Below are positions 45,083 through 54,100 of a stretch of DNA of 64,000 nt, piece after piece (the stretch's first letter is position 1; the number at the start of each line of letters is the position of its first letter). Below the pieces are notes generated by a model, which was not told the DNA's origin, searched no databases, and worked only from the letters and a program-made list of their open reading frames with translations. The translations under genes and the position numbers were made by a program. Source of the DNA: an uncultured Chitinophagales bacterium (GTDB taxonomy: Bacteria > Bacteroidota > Bacteroidia > Chitinophagales > JADIYW01); assembly GCA_964490845.1 (NCBI GenBank), contig CAZBED010000003.1:194255-258254 (forward strand), given 5' to 3'.

Positions 45083-45802
45083 TCAGGAATGCCTGCGTCT
45101 GATCCTGAACAGCGCTTCAAACATCTGCCAGCTGTCTTTAATGAGGTTAACTTTAGAGCCACCCACATCCACACAGTAAACCGGCAACAGAACCACCTCT
45201 ACTTTTTCCTTTTGGAGCAGGTAATGAACCTCCACATCAAAAGCAAAACGCATTTCTTCCGTTTTTGAAAAAATCTTCTTCGCGATACCGGACGGATAAA
45301 GCTTATATCCGCACTGGGTGTCCAGAACCAGAACTCCCGTTATCCGGCGAATCAGAAACGCATATATCCTTCCAATAATTTTCCGGTGCAAAAATAACTT
45401 CATGGCATGGTTCTTTTTACCTAATTCCCGCGAACCAAAATAGACGGTATTAATTTTATTAAAATCAACCGGGTAATTATCTACCCATTCATCAATTTGC
45501 TGCATGGAATATGAAAGGTCCGCATCGTTACATAATATCCACGGTTGTTCCGCCGCCATGACTCCTTCTTTTATAGCATTTCCTTTTCCTTTATTCGGGG
45601 TTACCTGTATAATCTTAATACGGTATTCCGGGTGTTGCGTCTGTACCTCTTTTAATTTTTGTGCCGTACCGTCTGTACTGCCATCATCTACCAGTATGAT
45701 CTCGCGGATTAACTGATGCGGATTTTTATAGCTGTTCAGTCCTTCTGTAAACAGATGAATTCTTTTCTCTTCATTAAAAAACGGAAATATCAACGAAATC
45801 AT
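45083..45802 (-). CDS. GT2 polyprenyl-phosphate sugar synthase-like glycosyltransferase (DPM1/ArnC/GtrB/CsbB type)
   Basis: 239 aa. ISLIFPFFNEEKRI, ILVDDGSTDGT, GKGNAIKEG and CNDADLS (DxD) make up the GT-A core of dolichyl/undecaprenyl-phosphate glycosyltransferases. Confidence 0.8.
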   Translation of the reverse strand: MISLIFPFFNEEKRIHLFTEGLNSYKNPHQLIREIILVDDGSTDGTAQKLKEVQTQHPEYRIKIIQVTPNKGKGNAIKEGVMAAEQPWILCNDADLSYSMQQIDEWVDNYPVDFNKINTVYFGSRELGKKNHAMKLFLHRKIIGRIYAFLIRRITGVLVLDTQCGYKLYPSGIAKKIFSKTEEMRFAFDVEVHYLLQKEKVEVVLLPVYCVDVGGSKVNLIKDSWQMFEALFRIRRRHS

Positions 45803-45833
45803 CTTTATTGCTTCTTCTTATTAATTCTTTGTT

Positions 45834-48542
45834 TTAAAAATTTAATCCGTTAATACGGGTATAGGGAAGTGTATCCAGCCTGAAATATGTTGAATTCAGC
45901 CTGATATGGTATATTGGTTTTTCCCACGGCACGCCTAAAAAAAGCTGGGGATTGTTAATAGCCTCCAGATTATATTGTGCTTTATTTATAAAAATGGTTT
46001 GCGTCTGGCCGCTTACTGTACTCAGCAACAGCGTTTCATACGGTAATGCCCATCCCACCAGTATTTTTTCATGTTTCACCTCATTCTCTTCAATCAGGAA
46101 TTTAGAAATATGATGCTCCCTTCCATAGGCGAAGATAGATTCTAAATATTTTACCCTTTCTTTATAAATCGGCTCTGATTTTATCCGGTACAATCCGGAC
46201 AGGGATATTACAAATGCCAGTATCGTAAACAAATTTTTGTACGCAGTTAAATTCTTCTCCGCATAGACCAGAAATACGATTAATGGAAATACCGATATCG
46301 CGGCCATATAGCATTCCATATAACCCAATGATTCGCCATTCGGAATGGAGATATAAACCATCAGATATAATATCAGATAACCGGCAGGCAGCGCGAGCGC
46401 CAATACCCATTCTTTTCGCCACAACAATAAAACAATCCACGCGTAAAACAGGAACCTGGCAGTTGCAAAATGCACAGCAAAAGAATTCCACCAGAAAGAA
46501 GTAAGATAGGATTTGCTTAACGCCTCCCATGTTAGCACGTTCATATCAATGCCGGCTAACTTTCCGGCTTCATAACCGCTTTTAAAAAACGTGACCTTAA
46601 ACAACAACAATACAATGGAAAAGGCAATAAAATAAAGATACGTTTTATTGCCTTTGATTAAATACAGACAACCCAATATTACACACAATACCATAAAATA
46701 GAATGGGTGTATCAGTACGATACCTAATACTAGAATACTGCCCAAACCATACACCCATTTTATAGCTATCGTCTTTTCCGTATTTCTATCGTTGTAGGTC
46801 AGAAAGGCTGCAATCAGTACCATTATGGCAGAAGAAAAAATCATTTCCGTCGGATAGAAATAGCCGTAATGCAGAAACAAGTGAGTGCATAATAACGCGC
46901 CCCAGGCCAGAAAATGAGATTTTAAAAAATAACGGATAACTAAGAAACAGGCAACATACACCAGAGCCAGATTTACTGAATATCCAATCATTACTATTCG
47001 AAGCGGTACTCCGATTTTTATCAGCAAGATGGGGAGCCATTGGGAAATAACACTTATTGCTCTGCCCGATTCAATATTAAATCCGCCGGTCTGGATTATC
47101 TTATACAGATAATACCCGGTATCCCCATACGATATTCTCGCTTTGTAATAATATACGGCCATTCCCAGATACCAGACAATGATTACATAGGGTGATAACT
47201 CCAGCAGAAGGGTTTTTGTTTTTGCGGACAGCAGTGGTTTCGCGTTCAATTCCTGCTTATTTCGGGCAGCTACTGATGCGCCCGAATATTTATGCAACAT
47301 CATGAACAATGCTATACTGTACAAAACGGGCACCAAAAAGAGATAGGTGTATGGTACCTGTATAAATCCATAAAATACCGCTAAATATATTTTGATGGCG
47401 CCAATAACATACCATTTTGCATGCAGCATACCGCGATTAAACCAATACAACCCGGACAATACCAAAACCGTTAGGACAACAACCGTCAGATGCACCTGAT
47501 GCATGAAATTAAATTTATCTTCTATGCTTCCGCTTTTAAACGTGTACACCCAAGCAGCCAGCCCGTTGCCATTAAAGATATGCAACGGCAGTCCGTTGGT
47601 GTCCAGATGTTTCCATTCTCCGATCCCCGAAACAGCATAATATTTGTAGCCATCAATCAATTCTTTCCAATGATTGCCGATTAAGGGAAGCATCAATAAT
47701 GCAGAAAACAACAAGGTGTACCCCAACAGGATAAGGCTCTTTTTTATGCCGTTCTGATTCCATTCAATCAGGAATACTAACGGCATAAACAGGACTATGG
47801 AATATCGCGACATCAGGCATCCCGTAATTGCAGCGGCCTTTACAACTGTATTGTTGCTTAATAAGCCGATTAAAAGCAATACATAAAATGAAGCGTTTGC
47901 CAATTCGGGTGTCCAGGCCAGCGCTGCCGGTTCTTTATCTATTACAGACAGTATGTACAAGCCCAACAATAAGGTACCAATTAAATTTATAGCTGTACCG
48001 TTGCTCTTTCGGATACTTGTAATCATTAAGAGAAGGGTGGTTACTATCCAGAACAACCAAGTGGCATACCTGTAATCTATCTGCAATAATTCCGCGGGAA
48101 CAAAGGGAAGCCAAACCAAAGGCAGGTAAGAGGGCGCTATTTTGTACCCGAAATTTTCAATGTACTGATACACCGGTTCCCCGCTTACAAAACGTTTTGT
48201 CATTACCTGTATTGTAGGAATAACATCTGAATACTGAGGGTTAATAAGAAAATTCTGTACAATTCCGATATATCCTCTTTTCGGCAGAAACAACGTCAGC
48301 ACGGCCATTCCTGTAAACAAGAGGATGAAGTAATACGTTTGCCTGTCTGTTTTCCAAAATGATACAGACGAAATATCTTCTTCCTTCTTAAAATAAACCA
48401 TAGTGAATACCCCAATGGCAATTGACACCAGCAACAGCAGTACCGGGCTTATGAGGCTCCCGAAAATATTCCTGCAATAGGTGATTAACAGTATCTCAAT
48501 AACCGTTAATATAAATAACAATACAGATTTTTTAGAAATCGC
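45834..48542 (-). CDS. Very large polytopic membrane protein (about 900 aa, two multi-TM blocks; GT-C/DUF2029-like)
   Basis: More than 20 predicted hydrophobic helices followed by a short soluble C-terminus. Start moved to ATG 48542 (MAISKKSVLL...) because the ORF-track start at 48605 overlaps the upstream PLP-enzyme gene by 50 nt. The GT2 gene follows 31 nt downstream. Confidence 0.6.
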   Translation of the reverse strand, partial: AISKKSVLLFILTVIEILLITYCRNIFGSLISPVLLLLVSIAIGVFTMVYFKKEEDISSVSFWKTDRQTYYFILLFTGMAVLTLFLPKRGYIGIVQNFLINPQYSDVIPTIQVMTKRFVSGEPVYQYIENFGYKIAPSYLPLVWLPFVPAELLQIDYRYATWLFWIVTTLLLMITSIRKSNGTAINLIGTLLLGLYILSVIDKEPAALAWTPELANASFYVLLLIGLLSNNTVVKAAAITGCLMSRYSIVLFMPLVFLIEWNQNGIKKSLILLGYTLLFSALLMLPLIGNHWKELIDGYKYYAVSGIGEWKHLDTNGLPLHIFNGNGLAAWVYTFKSGSIEDKFNFMHQVHLTVVVLTVLVLSGLYWFNRGMLHAKWYVIGAIKIYLAVFYGFIQVPYTYLFLVPVLYSIALFMMLHKYSGASVAARNKQELNAKPLLSAKTKTLLLELSPYVIIVWYLGMAVYYYKARISYGDTGYYLYKIIQTGGFNIESGRAISVISQWLPILLIKIGVPLRIVMIGYSVNLALVYVACFLVIRYFLKSHFLAWGALLCTHLFLHYGYFYPTEMIFSSAIMVLIAAFLTYNDRNTEKTIAIKWVYGLGSILVLGIVLIHPFYFMVLCVILGCLYLIKGNKTYLYFIAFSIVLLLFKVTFFKSGYEAGKLAGIDMNVLTWEALSKSYLTSFWWNSFAVHFATARFLFYAWIVLLLWRKEWVLALALPAGYLILYLMVYISIPNGESLGYMECYMAAISVFPLIVFLVYAEKNLTAYKNLFTILAFVISLSGLYRIKSEPIYKERVKYLESIFAYGREHHISKFLIEENEVKHEKILVGWALPYETLLLSTVSGQTQTIFINKAQYNLEAINNPQLFLGVPWEKPIYHIRLNSTYFRLDTLPYTRINGLNF

Positions 48543-48555
48543 CATATATATCCTG

Positions 48556-49731
48556 CTATTTGCTTTTCTCCAGCGCTTGCTGTATATCCGCTTTGATGTC
48601 GTCAATATGCTCTAATCCTACTGACACACGGATAGAACCTCCATAAATACCGGCGGCCTCTCGCACACTTTCTTCTATCTTGGAGTGCGTGGTGGAGGCA
48701 GGGTGTGTGGCAATGGTTCGGCAATCACCCAAATTGGCGGTATGTGAAAACATCTCTAAACTGTCAAGAAACTTTCGGCCTCTTTCTATTCCGCCTTTCA
48801 CGATAAAAGTGACAACACCGCCGCCTTGTGTCATCTGCTTCTTAGCCAGTTCATATTGCGGATGAGACGGCAAGAACGGATATTTCACTTCTTCTATCTC
48901 ATCATGTGTTTCCAGCCATTGTGCCAATGCCAGCGCATTCTCGCAATGCCTGTCCATGCGCACATGCAGTGTTTCCAGACTTTTGGACAATACCCAGGCA
49001 TTGAACGGCGACATCGCCGGTCCGGTCTGGCGACAAAAAGCCCGCACTTCTTTCATTAGTGTTGCGCTGCCCAATACCACCCCTCCGCAAACCCTGCCTT
49101 GCCCGTCAATAAACTTGGTGGCGGAGTGCGTAATGATGTCCGCACCATATTGTGCTGGGGTCTGCAAATATGGCGTAGCGAAACAATTATCAATATTGAC
49201 TAACAAATTATGCCGTTTCCCTAATGCGCATAAAAACGCTAAATCAATCAGCACCAAACCCGGATTTGAAGGTGTTTCCGCAAAAATCATTTTAGTATTC
49301 GACTGAATCTGCCCTTCCCAGGTATCCGGTTTATTGATATCAAAGAAACTATATTCAATCCCCCACTTCGGCAAAAAATCTTTGATAATGCGGGTGGAGG
49401 ATGCAAACAACGCAGAGGATGCCAGAATGTGGTCGCCTTGCTTCATAAAGGTCATGATGGAAGCAAAGACAGCAGCCATACCTGTAGCCGTCCCGAAACC
49501 ATCTTCCGTTCCTTCCAGCACACACATTTTTTCTACAAACTCATTGACATTAGGATTGGAAAAACGGGAATAGATATTATCGACGTATTCATCCGCAAAT
49601 AAGGCACGTGCCTGCTCCGCATCGTCAAATGTAAAGGAAGACGTCAGATACAACGGAACGCTGTGCTCGCGGAATGCTTTCTCGTGCTGCGTACGAATTG
49701 CATTGGTGGCGAAATGGGTGTATTTTTTCAT
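48556..49731 (-). CDS. metZ: PLP-dependent Cys/Met-metabolism enzyme, O-succinylhomoserine sulfhydrylase-like
   Basis: 391 aa. The PLP-lysine context HSATKFIDGQGR and overall trans-sulfuration family blocks. Confidence 0.75.
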   Translation of the reverse strand: MKKYTHFATNAIRTQHEKAFREHSVPLYLTSSFTFDDAEQARALFADEYVDNIYSRFSNPNVNEFVEKMCVLEGTEDGFGTATGMAAVFASIMTFMKQGDHILASSALFASSTRIIKDFLPKWGIEYSFFDINKPDTWEGQIQSNTKMIFAETPSNPGLVLIDLAFLCALGKRHNLLVNIDNCFATPYLQTPAQYGADIITHSATKFIDGQGRVCGGVVLGSATLMKEVRAFCRQTGPAMSPFNAWVLSKSLETLHVRMDRHCENALALAQWLETHDEIEEVKYPFLPSHPQYELAKKQMTQGGGVVTFIVKGGIERGRKFLDSLEMFSHTANLGDCRTIATHPASTTHSKIEESVREAAGIYGGSIRVSVGLEHIDDIKADIQQALEKSK

Positions 49732-49745
49732 TTATTTCATTTTTA

Positions 49746-49767
49746 TCATTCCGAAGCACGGGGAATC
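49746..49767. repeat. REP-like hairpin repeat unit, forward
   Basis: TCATTCCGAAGCACGGGGAATC, in the 71-nt spacer between the OsmC and metZ-like genes. Confidence 0.55.
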
Positions 49768-49774
49768 TTGTTCA

Positions 49775-49802
49775 GGTTCTCTCACTTCGTTCGGAATAAC
49801 CG
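49775..49802. repeat. REP-like hairpin repeat unit, inverted (degenerate)
   Basis: GGTTCTCTCACTTCGTTCGGAATAACCG, reverse complement CGGTTATTCCGAACGAAGTGAGAGAACC. Confidence 0.45.
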
Positions 49803-50213
49803 TTAGCAAATCTCATAATCATGTGTAATGTCTGCTGTTTTATTCAGCATATGGGTCACACTGCAATATTTATCCATCGACAACCGGATGGCTTTTTCTA
49901 CATTTTCCTTTTTCAAATTACCTTCCAGTATAAAGTGGATATGAATTTTTGTAAACACCATCGGATGTTCCGTAGCTCGGTCAGCATCGACAATCACCTT
50001 ATACCCTTTTACTTCCTCGCGCATTTTTTTCAGCATGGAAAGCACATCCATGCTGGTGCAGCCACCCAAAGCCATCAGCACCATCTGCATAGGCCGAGCT
50101 CCCAGATTCTCTCCGCCAATATCCGGTGAGCCATCCATGTGAACAATGATACCCTGTTCGTTTTTTGCCTGCAAATGAACGGCATCATTAACTCTTTCAA
50201 TTTCTATCTGCAT
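49803..50213 (-). CDS. OsmC/Ohr-family peroxiredoxin-like protein
   Basis: 136 aa with two conserved Cys contexts (LGGCTSMD and DKYCSVTHML). Confidence 0.85.
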   Translation of the reverse strand: MQIEIERVNDAVHLQAKNEQGIIVHMDGSPDIGGENLGARPMQMVLMALGGCTSMDVLSMLKKMREEVKGYKVIVDADRATEHPMVFTKIHIHFILEGNLKKENVEKAIRLSMDKYCSVTHMLNKTADITHDYEIC

Positions 50214-50282
50214 GGTATAAAGTTATTGGTTATATGTTATATGTAATCAGGAAAAGGTATTTTTTTAGTGTTAAAACAAAAA

Positions 50283-50302
50283 GGCTGCCTTTTCAGGCAG
50301 CC
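50283..50302 (-). terminator. Rho-independent terminator of the OM beta-barrel gene
   Basis: GGCTGCCT-TTTC-AGGCAGCC, followed on the minus strand by TTTTTGTTTT, 25 nt after the stop. Confidence 0.75.
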
Positions 50303-50326
50303 ACTTCTGTTGTTTACGATATAATG

Positions 50327-51040
50327 TCAGATTTTGAACAGCGCGTAGAACATGACACTGGTGTGTGTAATCCATTTATCATCCGGTATATTGGGCAGGG
50401 TAGACTGAAAGTTAGGGTTAGTAAAATCCAGCAACCCTTTATCTAAACGAGCGCCGGCGCCAAATCCACTCTTGGAGATAAATTCAAATCCTCCGCATAC
50501 TCCTGCATCAAATGCCCGGAAGTAGCGTTTGTCGTTGATGTCTTTAGGGTTTTTATCATTACTGAGTGCATTGTTTTTAACATCATCTATCAGTACATTC
50601 CCTGTGACGCTGCTGCTGACTTTTGTTTTTATCTGCACGTTCACCGCATACGAGCCGTATCCGCCGGCATAGATATTAAACAACTTCCGCTTGCCGATAT
50701 AGAATTTGACTAAAATCGGAAATTCTATCGAATGGAAATTAGAACGTATATAGCCTCTTGTAACGGCATCTTTCCAGTTTTGCTGTACTCCTTTATTGAT
50801 ATACATGAGGTTTATTTCAATGGCCGCCACTTTTTTAAAGCGATGCTCATATCCGAATCCGGCCATACCTCCGATTTTAACCCCGTTTCGGGCCGCATCA
50901 TTGTCCTTGTATGCATTCATCGTCACAAAGCCTATTCCTCCGAAGAGAGTAGCCAGGTCCCGTTTTTGTGATATATCTCTGGCTATTAATGACTGGCCGC
51001 TACATACTGCAAGTAGTGCCGCTAAAATTATTCGATACAT
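50327..51040 (-). CDS. Outer-membrane beta-barrel (porin-family, OMP_b-brl_2-like) protein
   Basis: Signal peptide, alternating amphipathic beta-strands, and a C-terminal aromatic residue (...YALFKI). Confidence 0.75.
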   Translation of the reverse strand: MYRIILAALLAVCSGQSLIARDISQKRDLATLFGGIGFVTMNAYKDNDAARNGVKIGGMAGFGYEHRFKKVAAIEINLMYINKGVQQNWKDAVTRGYIRSNFHSIEFPILVKFYIGKRKLFNIYAGGYGSYAVNVQIKTKVSSSVTGNVLIDDVKNNALSNDKNPKDINDKRYFRAFDAGVCGGFEFISKSGFGAGARLDKGLLDFTNPNFQSTLPNIPDDKWITHTSVMFYALFKI

Positions 51041-51075
51041 AAATTTTTATTTTGGGTATAACGTAAAAATACCGG

Positions 51076-51083
51076 CAAATATA
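51076..51083 (-). promoter_or_regulatory. -7 promoter box (TATATTTG) for the OM beta-barrel gene
   Basis: Plus strand CAAATATA, 36 nt upstream of ATG 51040. Confidence 0.45.
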
Positions 51084-51139
51084 TTCCGACCTGACTTTTT
51101 TATCAAAAATACTTAATAACAGGTAGTGTATAGCCTGTA

Positions 51140-54100
51140 CTACTTTTTGACGATGGTAACTCTTTCTCCTTTGGAATGTGATTTGAATTCCGGCGCGTAC
51201 ATGCTTTCTATCAATGTAATACCGTTGGAGAAATTACCCGCTATGGTTGCCCGCATAGAATATTCAAACACATATACCCCTTTCTGCATCCAGTCCATAA
51301 AGAAATGCGTAGCTACATCTTTCGTGCTTTCATAGTAGCCCAATCCATCCTGGTATTTGTATTGCGATAATACATTCACAGGTTCAAATCCTGCAGCACG
51401 CATATCTTTCATGTGTACGTATTCCAGATTTCTGTCCGTCCGCAGTTCTATGCGCACTTTTACTACATCTCCAACCTGCAAAGGCGTTTTATCCGTGATG
51501 GTGATAAGTTTTTTCCCTTCATCCGTGTTTTCTTCCCTGAATAATTTTTTGGTCAGTTGTAACGAAGTGGTTGCTCCGGATATCTTATCCAGGTCTTCAA
51601 AATATTGCCAGTAGACCGCCCCCCAAGCCGGGCCCTTATCTTTTTTCTTCAATTCAATCTTAGCCATAGACGGAACGATTTGCTCCGGCTTCCAGCTGAT
51701 TTTATAATAACCTGTTCCCGGCTCCACGGTAGCCCCTAATGCTATGGGGTCAATGGTTTTCCCATTCATAGATACTTGTACCAACTGGTCGGACTTCGTC
51801 CAGTCTTTACCCTGCAAAAGCAATGCATAACAAGCCTCCGCCGTTGCTTTGGTGGATTTCCAGGAAGTGGTTTGTTTTTGTTTCAGCAGCCACACTTTCA
51901 TTTCATCCACCGATTTGTTATCGTTAGCCACCTCATGAAATGCTTCAATAAGTAATGCCTGCGTCTCCACCGGTGCCTGATACCAGTACCATCCGCCCGT
52001 TTCATTGGCCTTCCAGTACATACCCAGCTCCTCGTTGTTGATGGCATTCTGTTTCAATGATGTGATAACTTTATCCGCCGTAGATTTTTCCTTATTGCGC
52101 TGCAATATCAGCGCGAGCATGGCCTTGGAATACAAATCCTGATTTAGCCAGTATTCGGTTGCCTGTTTGAGAAAATAAGTATATGCTTCCTTGTTTTTTT
52201 CATCAATTTTATAATCAAAGAAAGAGTGGGCATACAGGGCATGAATATTGGAATAATAGAGATGATTATTTTTCTGATAATCTTTATCGTATTTTTTGAT
52301 GTTCACCAGATCTTCCGTGAGTCGATCATCCAGATATGCCACCGCTTTTTGCAGCATATCATTAATCTCTGCATTTTCCTTAACATTCAGCACTTCCAGT
52401 CTGGACAAATGCCCCAGCCCCGCCACTATATGCTGAGTGATATACCGGTTATCGGGCATACCCGGAAACCATGTGAATCCGCCGTTGGGTGTTTGCATCT
52501 GCATTAGTTTCTTCAATGCTTTTTGTTGCTCATCTGCCATTTTTGTTAAATCAAATAAAAGAGCAATTCGTTTTTTCTGTTCGGTTTCATTTTGCGCATC
52601 ACGCACCCAGGGTGTTTCTTCTAACAGTACGGCTTTCAGCTCCTGGTTTTTTTCCAGGTTCGACAGCAGGGCGTCGGTATTTTTCCATTTCTCAAAAATG
52701 GTCTTGATTTTCGGATTCTGATTGGCGATATAAGTGGCCAGCGTATTGGCATAATACCGTGAAAAAATCTGCTCCGCGCACTCGAACGGATATTCCATCA
52801 TATAAGGCAGCGCCTGCACAGCGTACCACACCGGCTGCGATGACATTTCGAGCGTAAGGTTATAGTGTTTTAATGTCGTGGATTTGTTGTTTAAAAGTTT
52901 ATCAAAGGTGTACGATTTTTTATCCTGACCACGCACCCACAACGGCATGGTCTCCGTCACCATCATTCTGTTCGGCAGCACCACTAATGTAGCCTGTTCA
53001 CCGTCGCTGAAAGTTTCCGCCGATGCCACTACCTTATAGGTAATCGCATCAATACCTGACGGTATTTGCAGCGTCCAGCTGACCGCCGTATTCTTTCCTT
53101 TTTCTACTGCAAAGTCTCTTTCTCCGATAGTATTATACTGACCATGAACCGCCTCCATGATTTTGGTTGAGATTTCTTTCATGGTGACAGCATCGTACAA
53201 TACCAGGTCAGCTTTTCCGGACAAATTTTTGTCTGAAAGATTGGTGATCTTTGTCGTAAATTCCAGTCTGTCACCTTCTCGTAAAAACCTCGGTGCATTC
53301 GGCGTCACCATCAATTCCTTTTGGGTTACTATGGATTTTGTGAAATATTGATAGTTCAGGTCTTTTGTATGCGCAAGCCCTAAAAAATTCCACTTCGTTA
53401 ATGCCTCAGGCATCTCGAAATTCAGGATGATATTGCCTTCCGTGTCTGTTTGCAATTGCGGCAAGAAGAAAGCCGTTTCATTCAGGTTGGTCCGTGGTGC
53501 AAAAGTGGCGGTTGGTCTTGCATCTTTCTTGTCTGCGGGTTTCTGTGCGTCGGGTGCAGCCAGGTTGTCTGCCTCCGTCGGCGCAGGTGGTGGCGTGGAT
53601 TTAGGCATTCCTGTTTCCTCTTTGGCTACCGCTGCATCAGACATCAAGGCTTCTCCTTTTATTGCCTTCGTGGATACATTTGCCATACCGGCTCCGGATA
53701 ACAAATATCTGTGATAACTATAATTTCCGCCGAGGCTTAACCCGAATAAATTTAACGCGTCGTAGTTGTGAAATGCCAGTTCCCTGTATGGGTTCCAGTC
53801 TTTAGAGGTATATAAACTGCTGACTCTTTGCCCGAATGCGTTAGAAGTGTAGGCGCCAAGATACCCGCTATAATACGATTGCGGCAAATAGAAACTCCAG
53901 CTGTGCGGAAGAAATGCATCCAGCGAAGCATCATACATGCCCGCCAGCAGCTCAGAAGCCATCTTCTCTTTATTGGGGCCAGATATTTTTATTTTCCATT
54001 GTTCTTTTTGTCCGGGCAATAATTTATCACGGAATGTCAGCCATTCCACGCGCAAACTTTTATCCTCATAGGGCACCGCAATAAACTGGCTGCCTGCATA

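Noticed and set aside
48543-48605. N-terminal 21 codons of the 923-aa ORF (MTTSKRIYSKRWRKANSRIY)
   Set aside because: This extension overlaps the 3' end of the metZ-like gene by 50 nt. The internal ATG at 48542 is followed directly by the first TM helix, so I used the shorter start.
49732-49802. Possible SAM or Met riboswitch upstream of the metZ-like gene
   Set aside because: The spacer is only 71 nt and is fully occupied by the two REP-like units, so it is too short for a riboswitch aptamer.
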